DNA of 62,827 bases, the filler included, from Collodictyon triciliatum (taxonomy: Eukaryota), in NCBI GenBank assembly GCA_043381765.1. It is 4 parts of 4 records of this genome, joined end to end, with 100 filler letters (N's around TTAATTAATTAA, not from the genome) between each part and the next. Parts side by side here need not be neighbours in the genome. Positions count along the whole stretch, not along the records: positions 1 to 27,964 come from JBHJMP010000964.1; positions 28,065 to 50,178 come from JBHJMP010000965.1; positions 50,279 to 61,418 come from JBHJMP010000967.1; 1 more part is not named here. One strand, written 5' to 3'. Below the pieces are notes generated by a model. It made no database searches. It saw only the letters and a program-made list of their open reading frames with translations, and was not told the origin of the DNA. The number at the start of each line of letters is the position of its first letter. Position 1 is the stretch's first letter. Shown in pieces: positions 24,140-57,200 of the stretch. The translations under genes and the position numbers were made by a program.

Positions 24140-27100
24140 ATGGATGCAGCCTATCTCGACGCACAAAAGTTGCTCACCCAAGCAGTCCGCCTGCGATTCT
24201 CTGTGGTGGGTGTGTCGAGTGAGGACGAAGGTCACCTCGCCAACCAGCTTGCCTCACAGAGTCCGCAGACGCGAGGATGGAGTTCGGCCGGCTTCTGCGA
24301 ATATCCACAGGAGCTGCTGTTCAAGTTGGACGGGCTCAGCATGGTCCAGAGGCTCCAGATACTCTCCCACCAGTCCCGCATCTCGTCGAGGATAGAGATT
24401 TATGCTGGAATGGATTCCGCGTCTTCTATGAAGCGTCTTGGGTATCTTTTAGGACACATTCGTATATTCCGTAGTTGTGGATATGTGTGCGATTGCATGT
24501 TGAATGGTCCGAGATGTCGGCGTTGTTTCCTCTGCTATTTGCGTTAAACACGCACCTTTTTCCCTTACACCCCTCTTCCATTTATTCTGGTTATTTTTCC
24601 CTTTATTCGATTGTCCATTTAATTTGTTTATATAGTTGCTATGAATTTTATATTTTCATGTATTTTCAAAATTATCATAATAATCATAATCATAATCATA
24701 ATCATAATCAATCGGATTAGGTATATGTCTTTAGACATAAATGAAAGATCTGAGTTCAAGGTATATTTCAAGAAGTATCCATATTGAATTAAACTGTACT
24801 GGCTTAATAGTCATCTGACAATATATATTTACGGTTCAACATAATACCAGCCTCCTTTAACGTTCTCACACAAAAAAATTCAGGCTCGTGAACTGAAGAC
24901 GGTACAACTGAACTTCAAGGCTCAATTTATCCGACTAGTTTTCCACAAATGCCATATCAACAGATATAATCTATATAATCAAGTAACTATTCATTTCCTT
25001 TAATCAATTGTAAAAATAAATTAATAATACCTCTGTTAACACATCATGATTAATATATCTTCAATACCTGATTTCAAATTAGGTTGGATTGGTCGCTGTT
25101 AGCTTTCTAGGTTATCCTCTGGCAAATTATGACGCATCTGAAAAGGTTAGTCATTAACCATAGCCATAACCATTACTATAACCATTGACATTGATATTAT
25201 TGAAAAATAAAGTTCAAAATCCATATTAAACTTAGCCAAACCCCTAGCTATTATTTCAACAATCATTGTCTTATTGGTAGTTCAAATCTCAATGTTTTTT
25301 TTTAAAAAATAATAAAACTAGATTCCGCGGTCACAATCAGCTGATTTACAGAGACTTGATGACGTAAGAAGTGGAGGAGGGAAGAAACAAGTTGAGTTTT
25401 CTTTATCATAAAGTATAGAGGGTATAGAAAATAAAGAAAATTAATCTGCATCGACCAAATGTTTTACTTTTTATTCTATTGAAAAATAATTTATGCATAA
25501 TCCTCTCAATTTGTGTTAGCCTATGTACGACCTGATGTACGATATGAACTTCGATCCTGCGACCGCTGAATCAATTAGGATGCTTGAGAAGGAGAAGGAC
25601 AGATCGATCCAACGTAAAAGGAAAATAAATTCTCGCCTGCGATGCACATATTACATCCCGCAAATATACTTAGTCATCGGTGGCATTTCTATCGTTAATA
25701 ATTCATTATGCACACAGAGGAAGATTATGATGAAGCTAAAAAGATTAAATTGGGAATCGAATATTTGAAGCAAATTGGACTCGATATAGCAAAAATGGAA
25801 ACGCGAAAAACCGAGGCTGTAGACCGAGAGGACTTTGATGGCGCTAAAATATTGAAGGTGATGCTTTATTTTTTTGTCATTATAGTACGATTATATCATC
25901 TATTTTAAAAAAAACATCTAGTAATTATAATATGGAAGGAATTGACCTTTTTATAAATATGTTCCTTGCAGATGGAGATAGAGCAAATGCGGACGTTGGC
26001 AACCCAAAAAATGTCTCTTAAAATTTCTTACAATCTCAAAATCATTTGACAAAGTTTACTCCAGCAATGCTAAATGTTTTGTATGTCTGATATAACTTTG
26101 ATGCTCTCTTAGGAAACAGTATCAATTGTCAAAGTACCTGATTCATTACGGAGGTCGTGAGAAGGTCGATACAGATTGATTTATGAATTGTAAATAATGG
26201 CACCTTGAAGCATTTTATTATTTCGTCTCATATCTTCTAATTCTCTTATGGTACAAATACATATAGGCTAAAGAATTAAGACCAGCCAGGTTTTCATAAC
26301 TGATTATGATTTATATTAAGCTTTTATGTTTTTTTTTTAAAAAAAAACTGATTTACGCGAATAATGCACTTTTAATTCTTTATCTCAATTTATCAAAAAG
26401 TATCCCGAATGAATAATGATATTCTTTGCATAAAACTGCATTATGTTCATTATAATTACCATGAAATTAGCACCCATGGAGAGCCTAGTGTAGGTGAAAT
26501 TTCAAAACAGGAATTTGGAAGACCAGCAAGCAGAAAACAGTCGGCTGGGTCAGCAAATAGACCACCACAAATGCTATCTGAGCCTCCTACTCAACAAACA
26601 AGTTTGATTATACATTCATTCAAACCCATTATATTTATTGTTTACATTCATAGCAAACAATTCTGCATAATCCATAATTAAATTAAACACTCACATAATA
26701 TCACAGGCCTTAATGCCCAACCACTTTATCCTAAGACACCTGCTAATCCAGACGACCAGCCCATTCAGCAGAAACAAAGTAAATTATAATTAATTGTCAT
26801 TTTTTTAAATCTATCGCATTATTTTCAGCATAATTGCATATCATAAGATATCGTTTCCTTCTCTATAAGATTTTTTTAATCACAATAATATGGTGTGAAC
26901 TGCAAGGTCTTTCTTACACCGACCCGGACGACCGACCCATAAAACCGAGAAAAGGTTTGCTTGTATTTTTCTGTTCATAAACAATGTAAGGTTTTAAATG
27001 GGCTATTATCACTCTGTTTCACTGATTTTATAAATTCGATATCACAGATTTGGCCTTAGGTCAGGTAATATAAAGGAATATAAATTCTACGTAAAGGATA

Positions 27101-27964
27101 ACAGATAAAGGTCTCATGTGTTATCATAATACAGAACTAAAAGTACATACTTACCTGCTCATATTTTTGACAGGAAGAAGCCGATGGTAGTTCAAACAGT
27201 GACCCTTTCAAAAATTCGTGTGAGTATATACTCTTATTCATATTAAAATATGACCACATTCTCAGAGTCGATATTCCACTTTTAACCCCCACTCATTCTT
27301 ATTTTCTAATTTATCCAAAAAAAAAGCAAAGAAACTTCCTGCTGAAGACAGACCAATTCGACCCGCGCAGTAAGATTGTCATCAGCACCAAGTGTTTTAA
27401 TAGACGCCATATATTGAGCTCTTCCTCCTAAATATTAAAATGTTGTGAAGGGGTGTCACCTTTAATGATGACTCGGACGGGACGGATGGCTCTGACCTTC
27501 GCTCATCATTTGGAAAGATGAAGGTAGTATCTAGTGCTCAAAGCTTTCCATTCCAAATAATATATATGGAAAACATTAATATTCTGAGATTCACAGCAAT
27601 GTATATTCATAGATTATTTTGTGTCGCTGGTAACTTTTATTTTTGTTTTTATTATTTTTAGTATTCAGTAACGCAACAATAACTTGAATTTATTAAGGTT
27701 GACGCAAAGAAAGGCTCCTCAAAAAGTGTCCTTGCATCACCAAAGCTCTTAGGGTCGAAAGAGCCAATTACTGCGAAGCCAGGCAAGGACGCATTTAAGC
27801 CGAGAAACACTGCAATTGATCGTGGAATTTAAGTACTTATCCTCCTTCAAACTTTTTTAAGGAGATTTACCAGAACCGGAGCCTCTTTCCAGCGCTGTTC
27901 AAAAGGAATCAAAGTTCATCATAAATGTTTTTGGAGAGCGTACAGTAAGGTGCCTATACTCTCG
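24140..27964 (+). CDS. CEP104: Centrosomal/ciliary-tip protein CEP104 (FAP256), 3' truncated at contig join
   Basis: SSED.GH.A..L...SPQTRGWSSAGFCEYPQEL...LQILSHQ..ISSRIEI...LGYMSL..NERSEFKARELKTV...HINRYNLYNQVGLVA is the CEP104 jelly-roll. UVR-like EDYDEAKKIK and REDFDGAKILK follow, and the TOG region begins (PEPEPL...VFGERTVRCLYS) just before the N spacer. Confidence 0.92.
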
Positions 27965-28064
27965 NNNNNNNNNNNNNNNNNNNNNNNNNNNNNNNNNNNN
28001 NNNNNNNNTTAATTAATTAANNNNNNNNNNNNNNNNNNNNNNNNNNNNNNNNNNNNNNNNNNNN
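27965..28064. other. Artificial contig/scaffold spacer (44 N + TTAATTAATTAA + 44 N)
   Basis: Exactly 100 nt with a 12-mer that places stops in all six frames. It recurs identically three times, and the flanking genes are truncated. Confidence 0.93.
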
Positions 28065-28225
28065 CATAAAAAAACATAAAAAAACATAAAAAAACATAAA
28101 AAAACATAAAAAAACATAAAAAAACATAAAAAACATAAAAAAACATAAAAAAACATAAAAAAAACATAAAAACATAAAAAAAACCACATGAAAATTTTCC
28201 AATAAAATAAAATGAAACACTATAG

Positions 28226-37153
<8,928 letters not shown>

Positions 37154-37637
37154 AGGGCATTTGGTATCAGAAAGCTGGCAAGCAGAATCACTACATTATC
37201 GCTGGCAATGAAACAAAAAAAATGGGAGAGAAAAGACTGAATCTCGTTCGCAAAAGTATAAAAATAAAAAAAATGCTTTAAAATAAAACGTGGCCATGTG
37301 GTATTTTCTCGGAAGCAAATGCAGTAATGGGATTCTCTCCCATTTGATGTTATATTCATACCATTTCCTGTACATCATTACAATCAGCATCGCATAATGC
37401 AGGCCGAATACTTATAGAGCTTACTCCTTCAAGATTTTCAGTTCCCCGCGCCTTTTCTTAACTGAGAAGCTTTATATATAATCGATTAAGGCCTTCCTTT
37501 AATTAACAAAATAAACAAAGAACCACTGTTAAAATGCAAAGGGAAAAGGGAAAAGGCTAGAAGGGGACAACAAAAAGCAAGAGGCAAGAAGCATGATGGA
37601 AAAAGGGAAAAGTATGGTCTCCTTCTGCAGCAGCCAA

Positions 37638-44655
<7,018 letters not shown>

Positions 44656-45150
44656 CCTCTCCGGCCTTCCTTGTGTGCTGAGTCAGTTCCTTGTGCTTTC
44701 CTTCTTCTTTGCGTGGTCGTTCGAGTCCGCGCTTGGGCGAAAGAAAGAAAAGGTGCAAAAGGGCGTGATCTGACCTTTTGGAAGATGCTTGGTTGATCAC
44801 TTGTATTTTATTATATGCATATTACATTATATTTTGATAATTGTATTACTGTATGATATAGTCAGTCGTTATTACGCTATGATAATCTAAAAATATATAA
44901 ATTCCGCATGTAATTATTCCAGAAGTGTATCTGTATATTTCTATGTGTGTGATGTGATGTATTCTTGCGGCAGAAAATCAGGCATCCGTCATTTCTTCGA
45001 GGCGGGTAAAAGAGTTCGTTGCTGGGTAATGGGATCATCAGAGCAGAACGAGAGAATGAGACTCCTTCTTGGCGTGTCTCATACTCCCGGCCATGCTTCG
45101 CTTGGCTTCGCTTCTCGCTCTCACCCTCTCTCGTTCTTTTCTCGCTGCTT

Positions 45151-48790
<3,640 letters not shown>

Positions 48791-49479
48791 AACACATTAT
48801 AGCTCCAGTTTCTCGAGAGAAATAAAGCATAAGGAACAACTATTAGTGAGTGACCCCTCTAAATGTAGGAAAAAGTCACACGCGAAGAGAAAGACATACG
48901 TAGGCTTTTCATTTTCAACAACGTGCCAGGACTATGTCGAACATATCTGTTTAAAGGATAACAACCTTCCTGTTTTTCCATGATATTTGCATCATCACAT
49001 GAAAGTGATTAATCAACACAATGCAAATCCTTCAGCAACAATATGATGCAATTGAATTTCCCTTTGATATTGAATAATATATTAATATTAACTTATTCTT
49101 TTAAGCCATAATGGTCTTCTATAAACTCTAGTCGGTTCCCAAAGACACTCTCATCACAAGTCACCCCGTATTTAAGGGAAGCTTGAAGCGGCCGGATCCT
49201 TATCGATTTTGTGGACAAGTCCACAGAACCGGGACAATAGCAAGTCTTTGTGGGATACTTTTTCTAGTGATGCAAGGAGGAGAAAGTGATGGACGAGTAT
49301 TGGCATATAATAGGGTGAAAGGAAAAGTAATTATCTGTGTGCAACAGGACAATGAACGAAGAGTGAGCTAATGTCGCATACCTGTCCTTCTCAATCCCAG
49401 AGCTACCGTGTGTATATTAGTCTAAGGAAACAAAGAAGCTGCTCTCATGCAGCATGAAACGGCGCGTTTTGACCTGTGT

Positions 49480-50086
49480 TTATCTCCGTCCGATGCGTTT
49501 CTCCTTTTCTTTGTTAGATAAATCTTGCCGAAAGAAAGAATCGATGCTGTGTGAACATCATATCTTTTCTTTACCTTTTGAAACAGAGTACAACTTTCCC
49601 AGAGCGCGGTTGAGGCAGACTTTCTGTAGAACCTTATCAACAACACGTTCTTCAATCGTAGATTAAAATGACTTTATTATGAACGTTGTTGGGCTCAAGG
49701 ATTGGGTGTGGCTGGTGTTTTTTTTTTTAAAAGGTCTAGTCATTATCCTTCAGTATTTTTATTATTACTATTATTATTATTATTACTATTATTATTACTA
49801 TTATTATTACTATTATTATTACTATTATTATTACTATTATTATTACTATTATTATTACTATTATTATTACTATTATTATTACTATTATTATTACTATTAC
49901 TACTACAGAAGCGATCTATTTTTCTTATTCGCCAGCTGGTTGAAACGACAAACATAAAAGAAACGCCAGCAAGGGCCACCCTTTTTCTAAGTAGCTCTTG
50001 TGACTTTTCTTTCTCTTTCGTGTAGAAGGACATGGACGCAACGGACAGCTTCTTTATTTCATTTTCAGCCGAGCCTGGCGTGGTAA
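49480..50086 (-). CDS. Putative 3' end of an unidentified gene truncated at the contig join
   Basis: Three exon-like blocks can be joined as TTPGSAENEIKKLSVASMSFYTKEKEKSQELLRKRVALA-ERVVDKVLQKVCLNRALGKLYSVSK-EKEKRIGRR*, but this needs one GC donor. No family recognised. Confidence 0.35.
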
Positions 50087-50130
50087 CTATGTTTACTTTT
50101 GCTTTCAACGTTTATGTTGCTTTTTATATA

Positions 50131-50178
<48 letters not shown>

Positions 50179-50278
50179 NNNNNNNNNNNNNNNNNNNNNN
50201 NNNNNNNNNNNNNNNNNNNNNNTTAATTAATTAANNNNNNNNNNNNNNNNNNNNNNNNNNNNNNNNNNNNNNNNNNNN
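50179..50278. other. Artificial contig/scaffold spacer
   Basis: Same 44 N + TTAATTAATTAA + 44 N structure. Confidence 0.93.
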
Positions 50279-50377
<99 letters not shown>

Positions 50378-50491
50378 AACATTAATTAGTGCATTTTGAC
50401 AAGAGTCTATTAAATTTTAGTCTTAAATGAATTCTTTTAACAACCGCAACTGAAATAAAAAAAAAAACAACCACCTTGTAATCAATTGCAG

Positions 50492-53047
50492 CTGGTCGCC
50501 CATCTCTTAGTGAGATTGCTGCCCATCCGTTCTTCCGATCTGGACACGTCCCCAAAAGCATCCCCACAAGCGCCATGAAAACAACACCGTCTTTCCTCGA
50601 ATCTGCTCCTTACGACTCGCCTCCCACTGTAGCAACGAGTGCGATAGCTGCACCCATCACGACACACGCGCGCCTCAGCGTGGGCAACGAATGCACAGAC
50701 AAAGAGAACCATGCAAATGCCAATGTTATCGCAAATGCAGATCATGACAACATAGAAAGACTTGAGCAAGCCTTCCATCAGAAACTCGACTTGAAGCACG
50801 AGCCGAAGATTCCCACCCGTGGAAGCCAGAATTCGAACCCAAGCAATTACGACAGCACAGTGCCCTTGCCTACACGGGCAGCTTTGGCTCCAACTTCCTC
50901 ACTGGCCTCATCGTCTCCTTTCGCATCGAGACCAACTGCAGGAATTACTCCCCGCTCGCTGGCCATCGCCGCTGGTTCTAACCCATCGCCCACCGGAAAT
51001 CCAAAAAGCACAGAGACTCAGTCAACTCAGGTCCAACAGCCCATCACAACCCAGGCACAGTCATACACTCCACGCGCTGTGCCCAATTTTGCAACTTCAA
51101 CACCAACCACACTCAAGGATTCCAAACCGAACAGCTGTTTAAAGAGCGATGCAAATGGAGTCATCGAAGCCTACCGCTCAGAGTCGCGCGGCCGTTCTCG
51201 CTTGTCTCCCACAAGTATGATGCCAGTTGATATCCCTAATTGAATCTGTTAAATATTTAGGACATGAAAACATATTACACTTCCCCCATTATTCTACCTC
51301 ATATTGAGGAAAGAGAGAAGAACATGCACGTCATGAGAAAAATGACACTTTTCTTTTTATCAGACCCATCAGAGCAAGTACAAGTACAGGGACAAGCAAC
51401 ATCATCGCATCCTGCTGTTGGCGGAAAGACCAAAGAATCAAATACTGAACAGGCACATGCGACTGAAGCCAAGGCAGATATCCCAGACAATTCACCAGAC
51501 TTGGACGAAGACGATCGTGGAAATCTGACCTTTGTGCACCAGACCCTTGAAAACTACGCCAGTGGGAAAGCCTCATCTGTTGGTGAATGCCAAAAGATTG
51601 GACGCAATGAGACACCTGCTCTGAGTCGGTGTTTCTATGTGACATTAGATGTTCCATCCATTTCATACATCTCATCACCTATTATCCTTTCTAACCAAAC
51701 TTTCCACTTTTTAAGACACTTTGTTACATTTTATAAATTGTTTTCTCCTTGATTTTGTTTAATTTTTATTTACCGATTCGGTCCACAATTACAAACCGCA
51801 TTTAAGAAACCATTACAACTCTTTTTTTTATAAGCGCCCCTACCTTTGGACATTTGAAGACATCCTGCATAAAAACTAACTTTTCATTCATAGATTCCGA
51901 CGCAGTCTCAAATGAGAACGGTGAGATTTCAAATGCCAGTATTTTGTGGATTACAAAGTGGGTCGACTATTCAAACAAGTACGGCCTCGCCTACCAACTC
52001 AGCAGTGGCATCATCGGTGTCTTTTTCAACGACCAAACAAAGATTGCGCTCAAGTCAAACAACGAGTATGATATTTATTCTCTATCTACAAATTGCATGT
52101 ATCTTCCAAGATTTAAATATTTTACTGCTGTTGTTTACTTCGTGTCCAAACAATTTAATTAAAACAGGTTCAATTAAAACAAATAAGCATTTCATCAGCA
52201 TTCAGTACAATCCTGTATTTGATGCTTAACCCAGTCAAAAATTCTACTGAGTGCGTTTCATTTCCTTCTAGATCGTTCGATTACATCCCTTTCATACGCG
52301 GCTCGTCCGAAGAACATCGCGAATCCTACACTCTGACACAATTCCCACCTACACTCCAGAAAAAAGTCACTCTTCTGCAGTATTTCAGGGATTATATGAG
52401 GGAAAATGCTGGCGCTAATCCTACATCTGCTTCTTCTGCACCATCGACCAGCAACGAGAGCTCTATTCCGGCGGTGTATGTGAAGAAGTGGCTTCGCACC
52501 AAGCACGGGATGGTTTTCCGACTGAGCAACAAGAATGTTCAAGTACTTTGCGTTCAATACACACGAAATATACAGAGTAAATCGTCGCCGACTTTAATTC
52601 GCTACCTTATTCTTTCTCATGGTAAAATGAACTAAACGCTTTTTTTTTTTAAAAAAACAAAACAAAACAAAACAAACGCAGGTGAACTTTTTCGACCATA
52701 CAAAAATTATTCTATCGAACGACGCCCAAATTGTGACATACATAAACCGAAACAAACACATGACCACGCACTCCATCTCCTCGGTTATGCGTGGGCAGTC
52801 GTCAGATCTACTGAGTCGATTAAAGTACACCAAGGTATAGCTCCTTCGAATCCTCTTGTCCAAAAATCTGCGTTCGTTACCTCCCTTTACCGCACACACA
52901 TTAGAAAAGAATTGAAATATTTTTTCTCTTCACAACACCGAAATTCTTTTCACTGAAATGTATTTGAAATGCCTTCTTTCCCTCTCCTTACCTTAAAATT
53001 ATTCTGAACCATCGCAGGAGGTCCTATTCCAACTTCTCAGCAAGTAG
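50492..53047 (+). CDS. PLK1: Polo-like kinase, C-terminal part (end of kinase domain, linker, two polo boxes); 5' truncated
   Basis: Kinase subdomain XI RPSLSEIAAHPFF. Polo box 1 WITKWVDYSNKYGLAYQLSSG.IGVFFNDQTKI...LQKKVTLLQYFRDYM. Polo box 2 VYVKKWLRTKHGMVFRLSNKNVQVNFFDHTKIIL...RLKYTKEVL. Confidence 0.93.
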
Positions 53048-53844
53048 AAAACCTTCAATTGAATGAACAAAGTCTTTCGTCTCTTTTTTCCATTTCTCCC
53101 GTCTGTTTTGCTCATCAATGTATCCTTGTTCGCGCACAAAAGGATTGGAATTCGAAGAAAAGCTCTATAGTCTTTCTACATTTGATACCCAGCTGCTTCG
53201 CCATTTTACCTTCCCTTCTTGCTCCTATTTCGAGGTTGACTAAATTCTGCCACACTCTGCGTCATGTGCCATTCGCATGGCTGGGAATATGTAGGCAGAC
53301 AGCATTAAGTTGCTGTTGTCTATTAGTTAGTCCACTCAACTTCCTCTTCCCATTAAACGAAACCAAAGCGCAGCCGGTGAAACATTATCCTTCATTTACA
53401 CCTCTTGCGTTAACCAGCAGAGGGCGAAAGGTTGGAGATTTCACAAAAAAAATTGTCCAACTTTCTCAACCTGCACTTTCTGGGAGAGCAAGGAATCGAA
53501 TATCAAATCCGTCACAACAGAGCCACCCACCATTCTGCAAACCTTCCTAACATTTCATCCTTTTTGCATTCCCAAAGCATCTTTTTTTTTTATTTTTATA
53601 TCCAATAACACGAGCATCACAAATTTTTGCCTCTCTGCATCTAATCCGTGCGGAGAGCATAACCTTGTGTACAAATAAATCCTCAAGCTTTCCCAATATA
53701 CAACACGCATGAAATTGATGAGCATTTAATATTCTCAAGCAAAGAGCAAGATAGCACCATAGCACAGTCGCATGATATTCAGCCTCAATTTATTTCCCTG
53801 AACAAGCGAAGGGCTTTTCATTGTGTAATTCCCGACTCGGTGAT

Positions 53845-54195
53845 TTAGTCGCTCTGGGACAGGCTTTTGATGTCACCAGCAGCACGATTGCGTCCAAACG
53901 GACAAAGTGAGATGGAGCTTGTCTCACCAAAGTATTCCGACGGCAACATAAAGGCACGCGAGTAGGAACGTCCGATCAAATGGCTCTTGTGGTAGATTTC
54001 CACATAGTCCACACTGGCATCGCATTGCCATTCTATCAGAGTGTCAGCAACATGAATTCCTTTGTCCAGGCTTGACGCATTCCAAATGAGTTTTGTAGTC
54101 ACATCTCGAACCTACACAAATTTTGCATGATTAAAACTTTCCATTTTGTACGAGGCGCTTGTCGCACCAACGCTTGGAAGATAAATGGTGTTGTC

Positions 54196-54293
<98 letters not shown>

Positions 54294-57200
54294 TGTCTTT
54301 CTATTGATGAACATCGCACTTGCGGCGCATAGCTCTCCTTTCCTTTTTGTGTCCCCATGAATACATGTCCGATGCTTGTCAAGCCTGACTCTGGTCCACC
54401 CGGTCCGTGCTCTGACTCATGCAGACAAACATTGATGCGAGAAATTGTGGCCTCTTTGATTGCACTGACAGGAACCTCGAAGCGACGAATTTTCCACTGT
54501 GTTTCAGGGACGTCGCTTTCGCAGTACAAAACATCTTCAAGTGCGGAGAGCGGCATGTTTTGAACATTTGGGTGGGCGCCTATCGCGGTGTGGTGGAGGT
54601 GGATGAGGTCTCCAGAGGGCAATTCAAGCACCAGATACAACCCATGAGAGTTTTCATCGGAAATACTGTACTCAATCACAAGGATATCGTGTCCAACAAG
54701 ACTGACTTGGCACTCGAAGATGCTTAGAATTGCGTATCTTTCGCCTCCATGGAAAGACCCAACCCAGGCCCAGGAATTCCCTCCATCAAAAACGGTGCTG
54801 TAATTTGGGCCGTATGTTCTAATAAACTGGCAACCAGCGGTGGGTTGAATGCTGTGATTAGGTTGTACATGTTGCTCCAGCATGTTGGCCCATTTGGCCG
54901 ACTGAATCACCTGCGTTAGGGAGTATGATTTTCAGTTTGTTTTCATTTTATCAAACCACACATTACTTGAGAAAAGGATGAAGAAGCACGGTCATATACT
55001 TTTCTTAACTGCGTCTCATATTTTTATGTTTACCTTTCCTCTGCGATAGAAACTGTTTCCAATTCCTTGGCTAAAGTTAGTGTACAGAGGAAGTACTCCA
55101 GGTATGCATCTTGGTGCAATCTTTGTGGCGATAGAACCTATACAAAAAAGATAAAAGTCATGTCAAGTAAGTTTTTTTTCGATACTAATCAGCACGATTT
55201 TATAACATGAGATATAAGACATCACACGGACCGCAAAGATTGCGAGGTTTTTCGATAAAGATTGCCGTTCCATCAATAACCGTTCCATAATGACCAGCCC
55301 AGTACTCGACATCTTTTCCGCCATCCTCTAAATATATGTAGCGCAGGCCTCTTCCATAAGAATGGAATTCTTTTTGCACACTTTGCCAGCTTTCCAAGGC
55401 AGTCAATATTCCGGTGTGGAATGAAGCTATGGCTGCATGGTTTTCATCACGCAGTTCGATTTGAACATAAAACAAATCCTTGAAGTTTGGTCCAGTTCCT
55501 TTGAACCAATCCTCAACGATAATTCTTGGCTGATATTCGTCCAGAAGCGTCGAATTGAACCCATCAACCTCCAATAAGTTTAACTCGATACATCGTTTGT
55601 TCCATTCGTACGAAGTGATGAGCATATCCCCACCAAACCGAGAGCCTGTAATTGTCTTCCAGCCGCCGCCACCGTTTTCACGTGAGCACCAACCGTCACT
55701 CTCAAACTTGCTCATCTTCCCACACAGCAAGTCTAACATGTTTCCTTCATTAATAAAAACTTTTTTTTTTTTTTTGCTATTATGGTGGTTAGTTTTAAAT
55801 TTCTAGTTGATGTAAAATTGTGAAGAAGGCTGGGTTCAAGTTTTGAATGTAGTGCTGTTGTTATAGAGTGGCATGTGCTTTTCAAAATATAAATGAAATG
55901 AGCAAATACTGACCATGCCATTGAAGACCCATCCAAAACCGGTCTTCAGACATTTCAAATCGCAGGCGACAGCCTTCATGCCCTTTGTTGCTTTCAAAAG
56001 TCCAGCCTGGGGCAAAAAGGGCCACGGATGTTCCACTTTTTTCAATAACTTCAAGCGCCTTAATTTTATTTCATGTGAATTAAGCGATGCATGGCGTTTA
56101 CAAGGAATGTACGAACTTGATGGGTGGGTTAATCATCCTTTTCCCAATCATTAAGCGGTCCACATTTGGGGTTTCAGAAAAGGTAATATCGATCAATATC
56201 ACTATCTATCTTCATATGTTCCAACAATGAAACCAAACCCACGCACACATAAAACAATAAATAATAAAAAAAAAATTTTTTTGGCTACAGTTAATGCATG
56301 AATACATCTAACCTTGATAGCATCGTATCCACCACCTCCAAAAGTGCCTCGGCCAAAAATGTCGATACCCATGTATATTTCACGACAACGTGACGGCCTC
56401 AAAGAAATGGACTCGCTGGGATAATTTTCCTTCCAAGCATCTAGGGTGATTTCTATTAGAGTTTTCTACATATATGTCTTTGCATCATTTAAGAACAATA
56501 TCATCTTTTGTCATGGACTTTTCAGAGTGTATGAACTGAGATGTATGGAAATCGTATGGTGTGTTTTCGTACAATTGGCAAAGAATCCATCGCATTCGTC
56601 AAAAAAGTGGCAATTTTCTTCATTAAGTCTGTTTTGCCACTTAAGTTCGCCTGCATGCGTCACACTATCGTACCAAATGACAGTCCATTTTGGATTATGT
56701 GCTTTCATAGCTTTGGTTAGCTCCCTCACAAAGACTCGCATTTTGTTGACCAGGGACCCAGACAGTTTGTTTTCTATGTTGAGGAACCAACCGTCTAATT
56801 TGTAGTATTCTGCCACTCGGACGAGTTTGTTGATGATGAACATGAGTTTTCCAGTAGCCTCACAACCTTCTACAGCGCATCTTTGGTACTCTGGCTCGTC
56901 TTCCTCCAACAAACGAATGCTTTCTTTTTCTCCTTCATCCCATTCGGTGATATAGGTTCCCTGCGTGCAATAAAATCACATGTTCATATATTGCGATGAG
57001 AAGTCAAGTTCTCCTTTGTTTTGACTGACTAGCGAAAAGAGGAAAATGCGTGGGCCAATCAGACCAGAATGCCATTTTTTTAAAGTGGTAGATAGAAAAA
57101 AGAAAAGAAAATAAGCAGAAAATTAATGAGTTTGTCACACTATCAAGTCATTACCATGATTTCGACTCCGTTTTTATGAGCAGCATGAACCCAACCGATG

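Noticed and set aside
28009-28020. TTAATTAATTAA palindrome as a biological motif or transposon target site
   Set aside because: It is always centred in exactly 44+44 Ns, so it is an assembly spacer.
49655-49670. In-frame TAA suggesting a reassigned stop codon (TAA/TAG = Gln)
   Set aside because: The TAA falls inside a plausible intron, and confident genes here end in TAA, TAG and TGA.
53059-53800. 163-aa ORF and exon-like blocks between PLK and ENGase
   Set aside because: No family signal and no in-frame exon chain could be built; the region lies between convergent 3' ends.
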